From Eledone cirrhosa (Eukaryota), in assembly GCA_964016885.1 (NCBI GenBank), contig OZ024742.1, forward strand, positions 159,464,001 to 159,528,000: DNA of 64,000 nucleotides, given 5' to 3'. Of the stretch, positions 24,971-36,906 are shown in pieces. The notes beneath the pieces are model-generated. The model saw nothing but the letters and a program-made list of their open reading frames with translations. It ran no database searches and had not been told where the DNA came from. Position 1 is the first letter of the stretch. Each line of letters begins with the position of its first letter. The translations under genes were made by a program, and so were the position numbers.

Positions 24971-27900
24971 GTTCTTTGAGTCTCAGTCATTGATGTTATT
25001 TAACTGGAAAGTTTGTTGAAATGAATATCAAGCCACTACCTGCAGCCTCAGATATTCAGGACGTATCGGAGGGTTCTTTTTGTTCCCAGCAAGCATGCCT
25101 TTTGAAGTGTTCCAAAAAGCGGGGCTGGATTAACTTTCTTTAACCATCCTTGGAAACTCTTTGAGATAGTACCTAGTGCGCCTATGACAATCGGGACGAC
25201 TCTGAGTTCATAGCAGTTCCAAATCCTTTTTACCTCCCACTTTAAGTCGTGGTATCGGTTAATTTTCTCCCTCTCCGTTTCTTGCACTCCCGTGTCAAAT
25301 GGGCAGGCTACATCTACAATCAGGCACGATATTTTTTCCTTGTCCAAAACCACCAGGTCAGGTCTATTGTTTTCCAGTTTCTTATCCGTCTGTATCCTAA
25401 AATCCCACAGCACCTTCACCTGATCGTTTTCTAGCACCGACTCTGGCTTATGCTCATACCACTTCTCAGAATGTGGTAAATTGTTTACCTTGCATAGGTG
25501 CCAGTGGATCACCCTGCCCATCACATCATGTCTCCAGCCTTTATAGTGAGTCTGGGCTAGGTGTTTACACTCGGATACAATGTGAGCCACAGTCTCCTCT
25601 CTCTCTCCACAGATCCTACACAGTGGGCTAGCCTCCGCCTTGTAAATATGGTGTTTCACCCACTTCGTTTTGAGTGCCTGCTCTTGCGCAGTCATTAGCA
25701 TTCCTTCTGTAGCCTTTTCAAGGTCTCCTCTTTATAAGCAGTTCCATGTCTATGGATCTCTAAATTCAGTTTTCTCACAAGAAGGTACTATGAAGGGATT
25801 TTTCATGAAGGTTGGTCTTCCTCCTCGTTGTTATTTCCTCCTTGGACATCCCCTGGTCTATTGTCTTCTCCTTCAGTACAATTCTGAGCATTGGCTCCCT
25901 ACTGTCGGTCACGTATTTGTGCAGGTTGTTATTCTCAATCTGAACACAGTCCTCTATGCTGATAGGACCTCTTCCACCTTCAGATCTCTTTAAGTAGAGT
26001 CTATCGACATCGCTCCTCTTGTGGAACATGTTGTAGATAGTCAATAGCTTCCTAGTCTTCCTATCCATTTCTTTTTGTTCAGCAACATTCCCTTTCAGAA
26101 TTCCCGCACTGTACCTAATAATAGACACAGCTCGGGAATTCACTGCACTTATGACATTCTTACTGTTCAGATGTGACTTTAATACGCTCCTTACTCTCCG
26201 ATGGTATTCAGATCTTATCAATTCCTTCATTTTTTTTGTTGTTGATGTGATCTGCCTCCAGAACACCTAAATATTTGTATCCTTCTTCAGTGTCAATTTC
26301 CTTTATCATCTCACCTGTTGGTACCTGGATTCCGTTGCTTCTGCTCAATTTACCCCTCCTCATCACTAGGACTCCACACTTATTAATACCAAATTCCATG
26401 CATATATCATTTCTGAAAATACGAACAGTTTCAACAAGTACATGCAACTCCTTCTCACTTTTCCCAAAGAGTTTAAGATCGTCCATGAAGAGGAGTTGGT
26501 TGATGGTAAGCTCTCATTTTCCCAACTTGTATCCTGCCCTCACTTTTCGCAGTATAATTTCAGAGGTATCAGGGCAAGGACAAACAACAGAGGGGACAGA
26601 CTATCTCCCTGGAAGATACCTCTCTTGATCTTCACGCCTCCCAAGGATTCTCCACCCGATGTTAATTCTGTTTCCCAGGACTTCATACTTTTGCTCAACA
26701 ACTGTCTGATGTTATCTGCCACCTTGAAAATCTCCTAGGCTTTTGGTGATCCAAGAATGAGGCACCATGTCGAATGCCTTTTTGTAGTCTATCCATCCCA
26801 TGGCAAGACCAGTGTGTCTCCTCTTGCAATTCCTCATTACCATCTTATCAATAAGTAGCTGGTCTTTTGTACCACGGGACTTCTTTCAGCATCCTTTCTG
26901 TTCGTGCGGTAACAAGTTGTTTGTGTGGCGGTGATGGTAGATTTCCTCAGACACAATGCTTGTTAACAGTTTCCACATTACGGATAGAAATGTGATAGGT
27001 CTATATTTGGTAACATCATTACTCTTGATTCGGTCTTTCATTACCAGGGCTGTGGTACCCTTTGTCAACCACTCTGGTACCTCACCCGACATCAAGCAGT
27101 CATTGAACATGGTTGTCAGTTTCGGGTGGAGGGATGTTATATTTTTAATCCAATACCCCTGCACACCATCTGGGCCTGGTGATTTCCAGTTGGTTAGTTT
27201 TCTGGCCTGCCCTTTAAGAGTTTCAACTCTGATACTTAAATCAGTTTGTTGGTGTGCTTGTTCACTAATCTCCTTTTGTACTGTCTCAATCCACACTGCC
27301 TGATCATTATGTTCAACATTCTGCTCCTATATTCCTCTCCAGAATGTTTTAGTCTGTTCCGCCTCAGGGATCAAGTCGTTGCCTCTTTCTTTCCCTTCAA
27401 GCTGCCCAAACAACACCTTCTGGTTGTTGTCAAACATGCGGTTCTGTCTATACTGACTGACTCTGCTCTCATACCGCCTAATATTTGCACACTTTGCTAC
27501 AATGCGTTGCTTCAGTTCCTCAATGATAATATTTAGCTTTTTCCTCCTAGTTTTCTACTTTATTTCAGTAGGGACTCAAGCTTTCCAATGACATTTCTCA
27601 TTTCCCTGATTTGACCATTCAGTCGTTTCTTCCACCACGGTTCTGATCTTTCTTGTTTGTTGTTTCCTCTCGTTTTTATGCCAAGTAATTTCCTCACCGC
27701 ATTTGCTGTTGCTTTGAGGATATTGTTTCATTGGTGAAGGTTCCTCGCCTCAAAGTATGGGATGACTGTTTACCTTAGCTGTTGTTTCTTTCAACTTTTT
27801 CCTGTCTACAAATCTTAGGTTCATAGGTTTCCCACTATCATTGTTCATTTCATCTACCACTAAGTTTAGGATATCAACCAAATCTTCTCCTAGCCCGTCA

Positions 27901-28520
27901 GCATTCATTTCCTTTGTTCCAGATGTTATTTATGTCAGCATTCAGATCATTGTCTGCTTCGGATGCTTCCTCCGGTCTCTCAACCTCTTCGCCTTCATTT
28001 CCTACTGGCTCGTTTGCCTGGCATACTCCACTCTCCATTTCCAACCTAATCTCTCTGCTCAGTTCCTCCAGTTCCAGCTCGCTTATCCACCCATTAGTTC
28101 TTATTACCCGAGCCTGCCCGGCCAATTTTTGTTCATCTAATTTAAATAGACCAATCTCGTTCCAGATGTTATGCATCCGTTTCCTATAGCCTTTTTCCTT
28201 GGGGTTACTCTTCAGGTACATTGCATAACAGTCCTATTCAATTCTTTCGTTCAGTTGGTTCTTGTCCCTTTCCTTCTTTTTCTTCCTTCAACACCAGCAG
28301 TATTTGGATGACAGCCAGGTCCCTGCTGCTGGGCCAGGGAGCACCTGCTGGTTGGGAATCTGTCACATAACGTTCCAGTCTCCTCTTCACCGTTATTCGA
28401 ACTGTTTAGGTTCAACATTTAAACACTCACATCGAGGATTGGTGAATGTATGGTTACATAACCACCGGTGATTTCATCACCCCCGGTGATTTTAGCGTGG
28501 CACCATCACGCTGTAGACGA
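24971..28520 (-). mobile_element. R4/Dong-clade RLE LINE, near full length, decayed (family A)
   Basis: N-terminal SNPKEKGYRKRM; RT (KSPGPDG, YRPIT, EQKGC, GIFQGDSLSP, FMDDLK); CRIC..ETVAHIVSEC, RHD, RPDLVV..IVDVACP. 3' end followed by (AAT)n at 24941-24970. Confidence 0.9.
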
Positions 28521-28852
28521 ACATAAATAAATAAACAAATAAATAGATCAAAACTTTAAAAAATAAACATAAGTTTCATTGTAATGTTTGAATGTCTGAC
28601 TTATTTTTTGTTTGTTTGTTTGTTTTTTTCCTTTGCTTTTTTCGTTTTTCAAGGCCATTAACATCGGTTACTAGTGTTGTTGTTGCTGCTGCTGCTAAGG
28701 GAAGTAGGGGTTGTTGTATTCAAAACTTTTGAAATTTGTCTTTGTTGTTTGCTTCTGTCTGTGTTCTGTTCTATAATTTTTCGACTTGGTGCTTATCATT
28801 ATTATTTTTATTTTTTGTGCCAAAAGTAGAAACAATTATTATTTTTATTTTT

Positions 28853-28927
28853 CCTTTCATCCTTACGGGGCCGACAAAACAAAGCACCAGCAACACACCG
28901 GGACAATTGCTGGCCCCGAGCCTAAAC
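28853..28927 (+). mobile_element. MetaSINE-like fragment with clustered T>C substitutions
   Basis: Aligns to the SINE copies near 23961, 30551, 32621 and 60943-61030, but has C at consensus T positions. Confidence 0.75.
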
Positions 28928-29515
28928 ATTTTGAGAGAGTTTAGAGATACAACAACATAATTATTTTGGTGTTGTTGTTGTTGTTAGCTGCTTGACCGAG
29001 TCACTAACCCAGTCTATTTATATCTTTTGATACCTTCCTCGCTTCTTTTCATGTGTAGCGGCACCACCACCATCCCTCTCTTAAGTGGTGAGGGAATAGT
29101 GGTGGTAGCAATGGATGAAGTGGTGGCGGTGGTGATGGGATAGCAGTATTATAGGGATGGTGCTGGTTTGTATTTGGCTAGATTTTTTGTGGTAGAGGTG
29201 ATGGTGATGGTGGCGGCGGCGGTGGTGGTGTTGGTGGTGACGTTATTTGGCTGTTTGGCTGTTGTTTTCTAGCCATTTTCTTTTCTGACTATAACATTTT
29301 TGGTACAAAATTAAATATTGGAGCCCTATGCCATAATGTGATGCGTTGTCACTTCCTGAGAGCTAAGACTGATATCTTATGTTCCATTTGTAATAAGAAT
29401 TATTCTATCACAATTGTTTTAAATATGTAAAAAATCAAAAACTTACGGGAGCGATTCCATAACACTATCTACCATGTGCGTAGCTTCCCTTATTATTATT
29501 ATTATTATTATTATT

Positions 29516-30426
29516 GTTGTTCTTTGAGTCTCAGTCATTGATGTTAGTTAACTGGAAAGTTTGTTGAAATGAATATCAAGCCACTACCTGCAGCCTCAGA
29601 TATTCAGGACGTATCGGAGAGTTCTTGCTGTTCCCAGCAAGCATGCCTTTTGAAGTGTTCCAAAAAGCCGGGCGTGGCCAATTTTCTTTAACCATCCTTG
29701 GAAACTCTTTGAGATAGTACCTAGTGCGCCTATGACAATCGGGACCACTTTGACTTCATGGCAGTTCCAAATCCTTTTTACCTCCCACTTTAAGTCCTGG
29801 TATCGGTTAATTTTCTCCCTCTCCTTCTCTTGCACTCTCGTGTCGAATGGGCAGGCCACATCCACAATCAGGCACGATCTTTTTTCCTTGTCCAAAACCA
29901 CCAGGTCAGGTCTATTGTGTTCCAGTTTCTTGTCCGTCTGTATCCTAAAATCCCACAGTACCTTCACCTGATCGTTTTCTATCACCGACTCTGGCTTATG
30001 CTTATACCACTTCTCAGAATGTGGTAAATTGTTTACTTTGCATAGGTGCCAGTGGATCACATCATGTCTCCAGCCTTTATAGTGAGTCTGGGCTAGGTGT
30101 TTACACTCGGATACAATGTGAGCCACAGTCTCCTCTCTGTCTCCACAGATCCTACACAGTGGGCTAGCCTCCTCCTTGTAAATATGGTGTTTCAGCCACT
30201 TCGTTTTGAGGGCCTGCTCTTGCGCAGCCATTAGCATTCCTTCTGTAGCCTTTTTTAAGGTCTCCTCTTTTCAATCAGTTCCATGACTGTGGACCTCTGA
30301 ATTCAGTTTTCTCAAAGAAGGTACTATGAAGGGATTGTTCATGAAGGTTGCTCTTTCTCCTTGTTGTTATTTCCTCCTTTGACATCCCCTGATCTATTGT
30401 CCTCTCCTTCAGTACAATTCTGAGCA
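29516..30426 (-). mobile_element. R4/Dong family A, 5'-truncated copy flanked on both sides by (TAA)n
   Basis: Near-identical to 24971-25890; (TTA)n at 29491-29515 and 30427-30445; RLE ORF 29596-30237. Confidence 0.92.
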
Positions 30427-30445
30427 TTATTATTATTATTATTAT

Positions 30446-30661
30446 AAGGGCGGTGGATTGGCAGTATCGGTAGAGGGTCGGGCGCCATGCTTTGACGCAT
30501 GGCGTTACGGCACTTGCCATTCTGAGGTCAAATCCCGCCGAGGTTAACTTTGCCTTTCATCCTTATGGGGTCGATAAAATAAAGAACCAGTAATACACTG
30601 GATAATTGCTGGCCCTGTGCCAAAAGTAGAAACAATTATTATTATTATTATTATTATTATT
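30446..30661 (+). mobile_element. tRNA-derived MetaSINE-like element with (ATT)n tail
   Basis: A-box-like TGGCAGTATCGG, B-box-like GGTCAAATCC, central GCCTTTCATCC..GGTCGATAAA domain. Confidence 0.8.
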
Positions 30662-31415
30662 GGCGACCTACGTAGGTAATCGTATCATCGCGAGCTCCGC
30701 AAAGGTTTGTTGTTTTTTAATTGTTTAAAATTGCCATTTATGGAACATTTTTGTTGTTAACTGTTTATAAGTGCACATACATTGCTTTCTGAAAAGGACA
30801 CTCAAAAAGATTGGGGCCTTCAGCCCCAAATTTAAACTTTTATAATTATCAAACAAAAAATTTCTTTGAAAAAAATCATGGACGACTCACAGCTACACCA
30901 AGTAGCTGAGAGCCTTCCTCACAAACTAACACCTCACACCAACATCACCATTGTAAATATTACTACGTTTGCCAACACTAAAAATATAAGCAGTAGCAAT
31001 AATTTAAATTTATCTCATGCAGAGATTCATTTCCCGTCATTACCAATGACTGCAGGTGTTGAAGCCGCCACCCCCCTCACCACCACCACCACAGCGACAA
31101 CAGAAAAAAAAATAAAAAAAATTAATATCTCGTGATACCGAAATGGATTCACCCAAAATCGACTCTTCCACACCGAACACCACTGACACCACTACCACCA
31201 CAACTGAAACTAAAAATAACAATAACAAAAATAACAACAACAACAACAATGAGAATAATAAAACCACCGTGTCTTTTGCCAAAGCAGCAAAAAAGTGCGA
31301 AACAATCTAGGTAACTCAGGAGGAATTAGATGAAGCCAAGAGAATGATAAAGAAAGATGGGTACAGGTCAGCCTCACGCCCCCACCTAATAAAATGGATC
31401 TTACAGCCACATGAG
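30662..31415 (+). mobile_element. Probable 5' UTR/ORF1 start of another L1/Tx1-like LINE
   Basis: Asn/Thr-rich N-terminus followed by VSFAKAAKK, like the ISFAQ/MSFAE motif in the other ORF1s; truncated. Confidence 0.45.
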
Positions 31416-31429
31416 CCTCGTTACACCCT

Positions 31430-33085
31430 TTCTGCTCATTGGGAAATAGGTCATTTGTTATCAGGTGGTCATATGTATATTCAGTGAGTTATTATGATGG
31501 TGATTTCTAAGTTCTGGTATGATTGGAAATATTTATTTATTTTCTTTTTATTTCTGCTAGCTATGTGGTTTGCAATGTTAGGTGTAGTAGAATAAGAGAT
31601 TTTAGTGGTATTTTTTATCAATTAGATTATGGTATTAATGGTTAAGAGGGAAATTCTTTTCTATAATTGAGAAGAAGGCTCTCGGTATATTTGTAGAAAC
31701 ATTTAAATTAAAAGGTGGATTAAAGCATGAGTTAAGTCTTCTATTATTTTTATTATTCTTGCTAGTCCTCATATCCTTAAGGTTATTGACTTCATTATTC
31801 TGTATAGTGTTAGGTAAATTGTAATTTTTATTCCTGTTATTTACAGATTTATTCTTTTTCCTAAGATATTTATTATATATATTTGGATGGTACACTTCAC
31901 TATTTAATTTGTTGTTACCCTCAGCATTAGAATTCATATCTTCATTAATTAGAGGGGTTTTTAGGTACAAACTTAATTTTATTTGTATGGCCAGAACGAG
32001 ATAACGCTTCATTGTAATAGTGGAAATTATGGTTAAATATACTTTCATTATACGATAGACTTGTTATTCTATTAGATACCTCTTTTATAATCCAGTTTAA
32101 AACAGATTTGGGGTGGTCAGAATTAGTATCAACATAAAATAGTTTTTCGTTGGGTTTATGATAAGGTGTATATATTTTAGAATCTAAGCGTAGGGTAACA
32201 TCAAGGAAGTTAACACTTTTAGTAATACCTAGGCTAAAGCTTTTGAAGAATTTGTGTAGTAGTTTCCTAGTTCTTTCAATATTATATTTTTTATAATCTA
32301 AGGTAAGGTATAGTTTTATGGATTTCATTTAACGGGAATAAACCAACCAAGTCAGTAACTTGTGCAGAGTCACTAGATCCCATAGTAATATCGAAATTAT
32401 TTGGTGTATTCTTACGGGTCCATAATTGATCCTTAAATTTGATGATGGTTTTACGGGCCGCAAGAATAACATCCACCTGGGATCTAATGAGGTCACTATT
32501 ATTCATAGCCATTATTAGAGCCTTGGTGGATTGGCAGTATCGGTAGAGGGTCGGACGCCATGCTTTCCAGCATAGTTACGTCCCTTTACGATCTGAGTTC
32601 AAATCCCGCCGAGGTTGACTTTGCCTTTCATCCTTGCGGGGTCGATAAATTAAAGTACCATAATGCACCGGGTAATTGCTGGCCTTGTGCCTAAAGTAGA
32701 AACAATTATTAGAGCCTTATCTAAAACTATAGGAGAAATCGAACTGTAATATGAATTGATATCAAACTGAATAAATTTCTTATTTCTATTATCATTAATA
32801 TTGGTGAACCAATCTATCACCTCTAGTATTTCCTCAAAGATTGAGGGAGATCTTTTGTCTAATTTGGGGGATAATTTTATCTAGGATCTTTTTTGCTAAT
32901 TATAACAATGTCAGATTTAGATTAGCATATTAGTCTAATTGTAGGGTTAGTACTGAAGTCTTCCTTATGATCATTCAAAGAAAATCTAGGTGGATTAAGG
33001 GTATAAGGCTGAGTGTATCTCTCGAGTCCTAACTTACTAACTAAACTATGGCCTTCAATATTAATATCATGTAGGTTTTTACAAT
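31430..33085 (-). pseudogene. Penelope-like RT and linker (5' part of the element ending at ~22550)
   Basis: NPTIRLI, FIQFDI, FDITMGSSDSAQVTDLVG, VNFLDVTL, YHKPN, FNPPFNLNV and ISYSTTPN motifs. Confidence 0.85.
32525..32704 (+). mobile_element. MetaSINE-like insertion in Penelope RT with 14-bp TSD
   Basis: TSD ATTATTAGAGCCTT at 32511-32524 and 32705-32718; B-box GTTCAAATCC. Confidence 0.9.
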
Positions 33086-33282
33086 TATGTATATATATAT
33101 GTATATATATATGTATATATATGTATATATATATATATGTATATATATGTATACATATATATGTATATATGTATATATATGTATATATATATATGTATAC
33201 ACTCACACACACACAAACATATGTATATATATATACATATATACAGAGAGAGAGACAAAGAGGGATATATATATATATATAG

Positions 33283-33320
<38 letters not shown>

Positions 33321-33504
33321 TCTGTGGTGCTGAGATCGAGAAGACCACTAATCATGGGAGTACTCAATGCATGCGGAGATGCAGAGTGGGTATAGAGATA
33401 TGCAAAATCCCGACCATGGTGCCAAGCTTGTGTGTTCAGCAAGCCTTTTCAAAGGTCGCTGAACACACAAGCCAAAACCGCTTGGCACCGTGATCGGGAG
33501 TTTA

Positions 33505-33596
<92 letters not shown>

Positions 33597-33624
33597 CACA
33601 CACACACACATGCTCACGCACACT

Positions 33625-33657
<33 letters not shown>
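33086..33657. repeat. Compound microsatellite (TA/TATG/GA/TC/CA) enclosing a ~118-nt hairpin
   Basis: Seen directly; hairpin at 33394-33511. Confidence 0.9.
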
Positions 33658-33658
<1 letters not shown>

Positions 33659-33659
33659 A

Positions 33660-35960
33660 GTGGGAGGGACATATGGATGGGTCAGGTCATATTGTATGCT
33701 TGTGGGCGGGTCTTCATCATCACGGTGTAGAATTGCAGCTCGCACCCAGGTATCGTACAATCTACCATTCACTTCAAGAGAGAAGCCATTTTTTTGTCAA
33801 CAGGGGTATCAGCCCTCTAAACTTCTTCCAGCCTGTACTGGTCTTGGTTCTCACACTTTTAATGCAACCTTCCCCACTGCCAATTTGATCGCCTAGATAA
33901 CAAAAGCTGTCGACAACTTCAGCATCTCTAGCAACTGAAGGAATTTATTTTACGTGTGTTCTTAGTGTTTACTTCTGTGCATCTGCCACATACAAATTAC
34001 ATCTTTTCAGTTAATCTGCCTACAACCCCACTATTTCTCTTGTGCGTCCATAGATTACATTGTGTGCACCTCATAAAATTTCTGCCCACCCCTTTCTGAC
34101 ATTTTGAAGAAAGCTACTTCCCTGATGGTATTACACTCTTATCGCTTTTCCTACTTATTAAGAATTTTGTCTTTGCTAAGTTTACTTTTAGGCCTTTCAA
34201 CTCTAGCTTTTCCATGCTTGAAATTTGTCTCGAACCCTCCTGCGGATTCAGCTATAAGGACTAGGTCATCAGCATATAGGAGTTCCCATAGAGTACCAAT
34301 TATAAACTCTTCGGTGATGGCCTGTTGAACAATGATAAACAAAAATGGACTGACGACTGAGTCCTGGTGAACCCCTACCCACACTTCAAATTTATCAATA
34401 TACTCATTATCAATTCTCACTCTGCTAGTTGCTCTTTTATACATGGTCCGCACGGCCCTCACAAGCCATTCATCTACATGTAGCTTCCTACATGTAGATG
34501 AATGGTAGTGTCCGCCAGATTACAAAGTGTGGGGCCCTGTCAAAAACCTTCTCCATATCTACAAAAGCCAGATACATTGGATTTCTCTTAGCTAAGTTGT
34601 TGTTTCAATTGAAAGAGGGCACCGGTAGTACCCCTACCTGGCATAAATTCAAACTGCATCTCATCTAACTTGATTCTGTACCTAATTAGTTGTGCTCTAA
34701 TCCTATTCAGCAACATGATGTCTCATTTTCCCTTTACAATGATAATACCATGCCAGTCATTGGGTATGGCCCTTTCCTGTACTACCTGATTAACTATGTG
34801 TCTGAATAGATCATGTCCTACCCTGCCAGATGCATTTAATATCTCAGCAACTATACCCTATGCTTCAGATGCATTCCATACCTTCATTTCTTTCATTTTT
34901 TTATCTATCACACTTCTGTCAATATGGGGTAGGCTTTGTTGTCTATTCCTTCTCTTCCTTCGGCAGCCCTTCAGAGTAAGTCTTCCACGCTTCTTTTTTT
35001 TCGGCATCAGACTGGGCAAGTGCTCCACTATAATTTCGACCGCATCACCACAACATCACGATTTTCTCTAGCACACTGTCTCGCAATCCGGAACATTACA
35101 CGCCTATGGTCTACACGACGCATGACATATGCAAACTTCTTTTCTGCCTCTCCCCTTCCTAAGATATACCTGATGCCTGGCTTCTCTTCTAGCTATTTGG
35201 TATTACTCCCCGTTTTCCCCCTTCCCCCAGCCTATCTCGGCTTGTCTTTTTGTATTTAGGGTTCTATTTACTTTATCATTCCACCACTATGCCACTCTCC
35301 GTCATGCTGGGACCTTGTTTTAGCCACAGACCTAGTTAGTGGTATCTAGCAGATTGCCCTCGAGGATTTCTCAGTTTTTCTTTGTTATATGTCTTAAATT
35401 ACATCCAAAGGTGTCAAGTAGGATTTCTCTGAATGTGTTACTTAGAACAGGTTCTCTTAGCTTCCAGGTCTTCCTTTTCTAGACCGACTTTTATCTCTTA
35501 ATCTATCAAGCCCTTATTCTAAGGTCACTGACAGTTAATCTATGTTGGGTGATGCATTCTTTCACATGAAAGTCTTTGACCTTTGGCATTAACAACAATT
35601 TTGCTGTCTCGTTTCCTTGTGTGGATGAAGTTTATTTGGCCTGTATGCCCCCCCTCCTGATGGGCAAGTAATCAGGTGGCTGGTTAGCTTTTGAAGTTTG
35701 TGTTATGTCGAGAGCATCGCTGAATTCCAGAAGCCTAGTCCTCTCCTCATTTCTTGTGCCATAACTATAGCCTCCATGTACGCCAGGGAAACTGTCATGC
35801 TCTTTGAAGTCACCAGCTGCGATAATGAGATCACTGTCATCTGTCATTGAGGTAATCAGTAAGAGAGCTTCATAGAAATAGACCTTTTGCTCGTCGACAA
35901 GTACAGTTTGTGGGGCGTATACAGATAGTATAGTGACAGCTGTTTATCATTCTCCACACA
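33660..35960 (-). mobile_element. Degenerate RTE-group LINE (APE + RT)
   Basis: AGDF..HGGYSYGTRNEE; VGVHQDSVVSPFLF; LLYADDLVL. Confidence 0.8.
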
Positions 35961-35979
35961 CACACATGTATATATACTA

Positions 35980-36130
35980 TAAGGAGGCATTGAATTGATA
36001 GAGTTGTTAGAACGTTGGATAGAAGCTCTACGGTATTAATTCTGACTCTCTGCGTTTTGCATTCAAATCCCATCAAGGTCAATTCTGCCTTTCATCCTTT
36101 TTGAGGTCAAGTACCAATGCTATACCGGGA
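35980..36130 (+). mobile_element. Old MetaSINE-like copy
   Basis: TTCAAATCCC and GCCTTTCATCCTTT..GGTC..AGTACC motifs. Confidence 0.55.
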
Positions 36131-36334
36131 TCGATTTTTTCTCTATTTTTTCTCTCTTACTCTCTATCACTTTTTCTCTGAAAGAAATCAGCTGTGTGCT
36201 GTGATTATATCTGGAGAGTAATATACCCTGACAGATTTAAAATGTCCAAGAAATGTCGTATGTCACGATGGTACCCCTACGATGCCACCAAGCGTTAAAG
36301 GAACATACATACATACATACATACATACATACAT

Positions 36335-36906
36335 GGTGGCTGCCAACTCGTTTTCGAGTACGGCCACTACTTTATATCCATGTAGGAGAACCCCTACTGA
36401 TGCGCTGAACGAGTGTGACTTTTTAGTCCAGCCAGCGACTTGAAAACTCTGGTACAAACACTACACTTGTGACAATTATTGACACATAGTACTGGGCCCT
36501 TGGTACCATGTGACGACAAGTGCAGAGAGATCTCCAGATATAAAGCAATGCCTGTGCCGTGAAGCTTTTATAGTGAGCAAAGGCACTGCACAAAGCCAGT
36601 CTCACTCTCTTAACCAAGATGATATTTACCAAAAAGAAGAACAAGTCAACATCATTGGATACCATCAGGGTTGCAGGTGTTATATCAGAGTTTTCCTTCT
36701 CCTAGAATTCTGCCTTGACAAAGGCTAAGGGGTCATCTCTCCCGGTGATTTTGGATGGCCATCGACTCTTAACAGCTCCTTTGCCCTTTGACAGGTTTTG
36801 TTTTTAGTCCTGCAGGATGTCCAAAGTCACCCTCCTCACCAAGAAACCTTGGTGGGGTTGCCAGTTTAGTCGCCAACGGCCCGACCATGAGACAGGTTGT
36901 ACTGGG
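36335..36906 (-). mobile_element. Bipartite non-autonomous RTE derivative (5' UTR joined to 3' end), (ATGT)n on both sides
   Basis: The 5' part contains CTAGGAGAAGGAAAACTCTGA, an RTE 5'-UTR-like motif; the 3' part matches 16668-16952. Confidence 0.65.

Noticed and set aside
28420-28520. Possible HDV-like ribozyme at the R4 5' end (TCCTCG on minus strand)
   Set aside because: Could not assemble P1/P2/P3 pairings by eye; needs a covariance-model search.
30446-30545. tRNA gene
   Set aside because: The A/B boxes belong to a SINE head; no cloverleaf.
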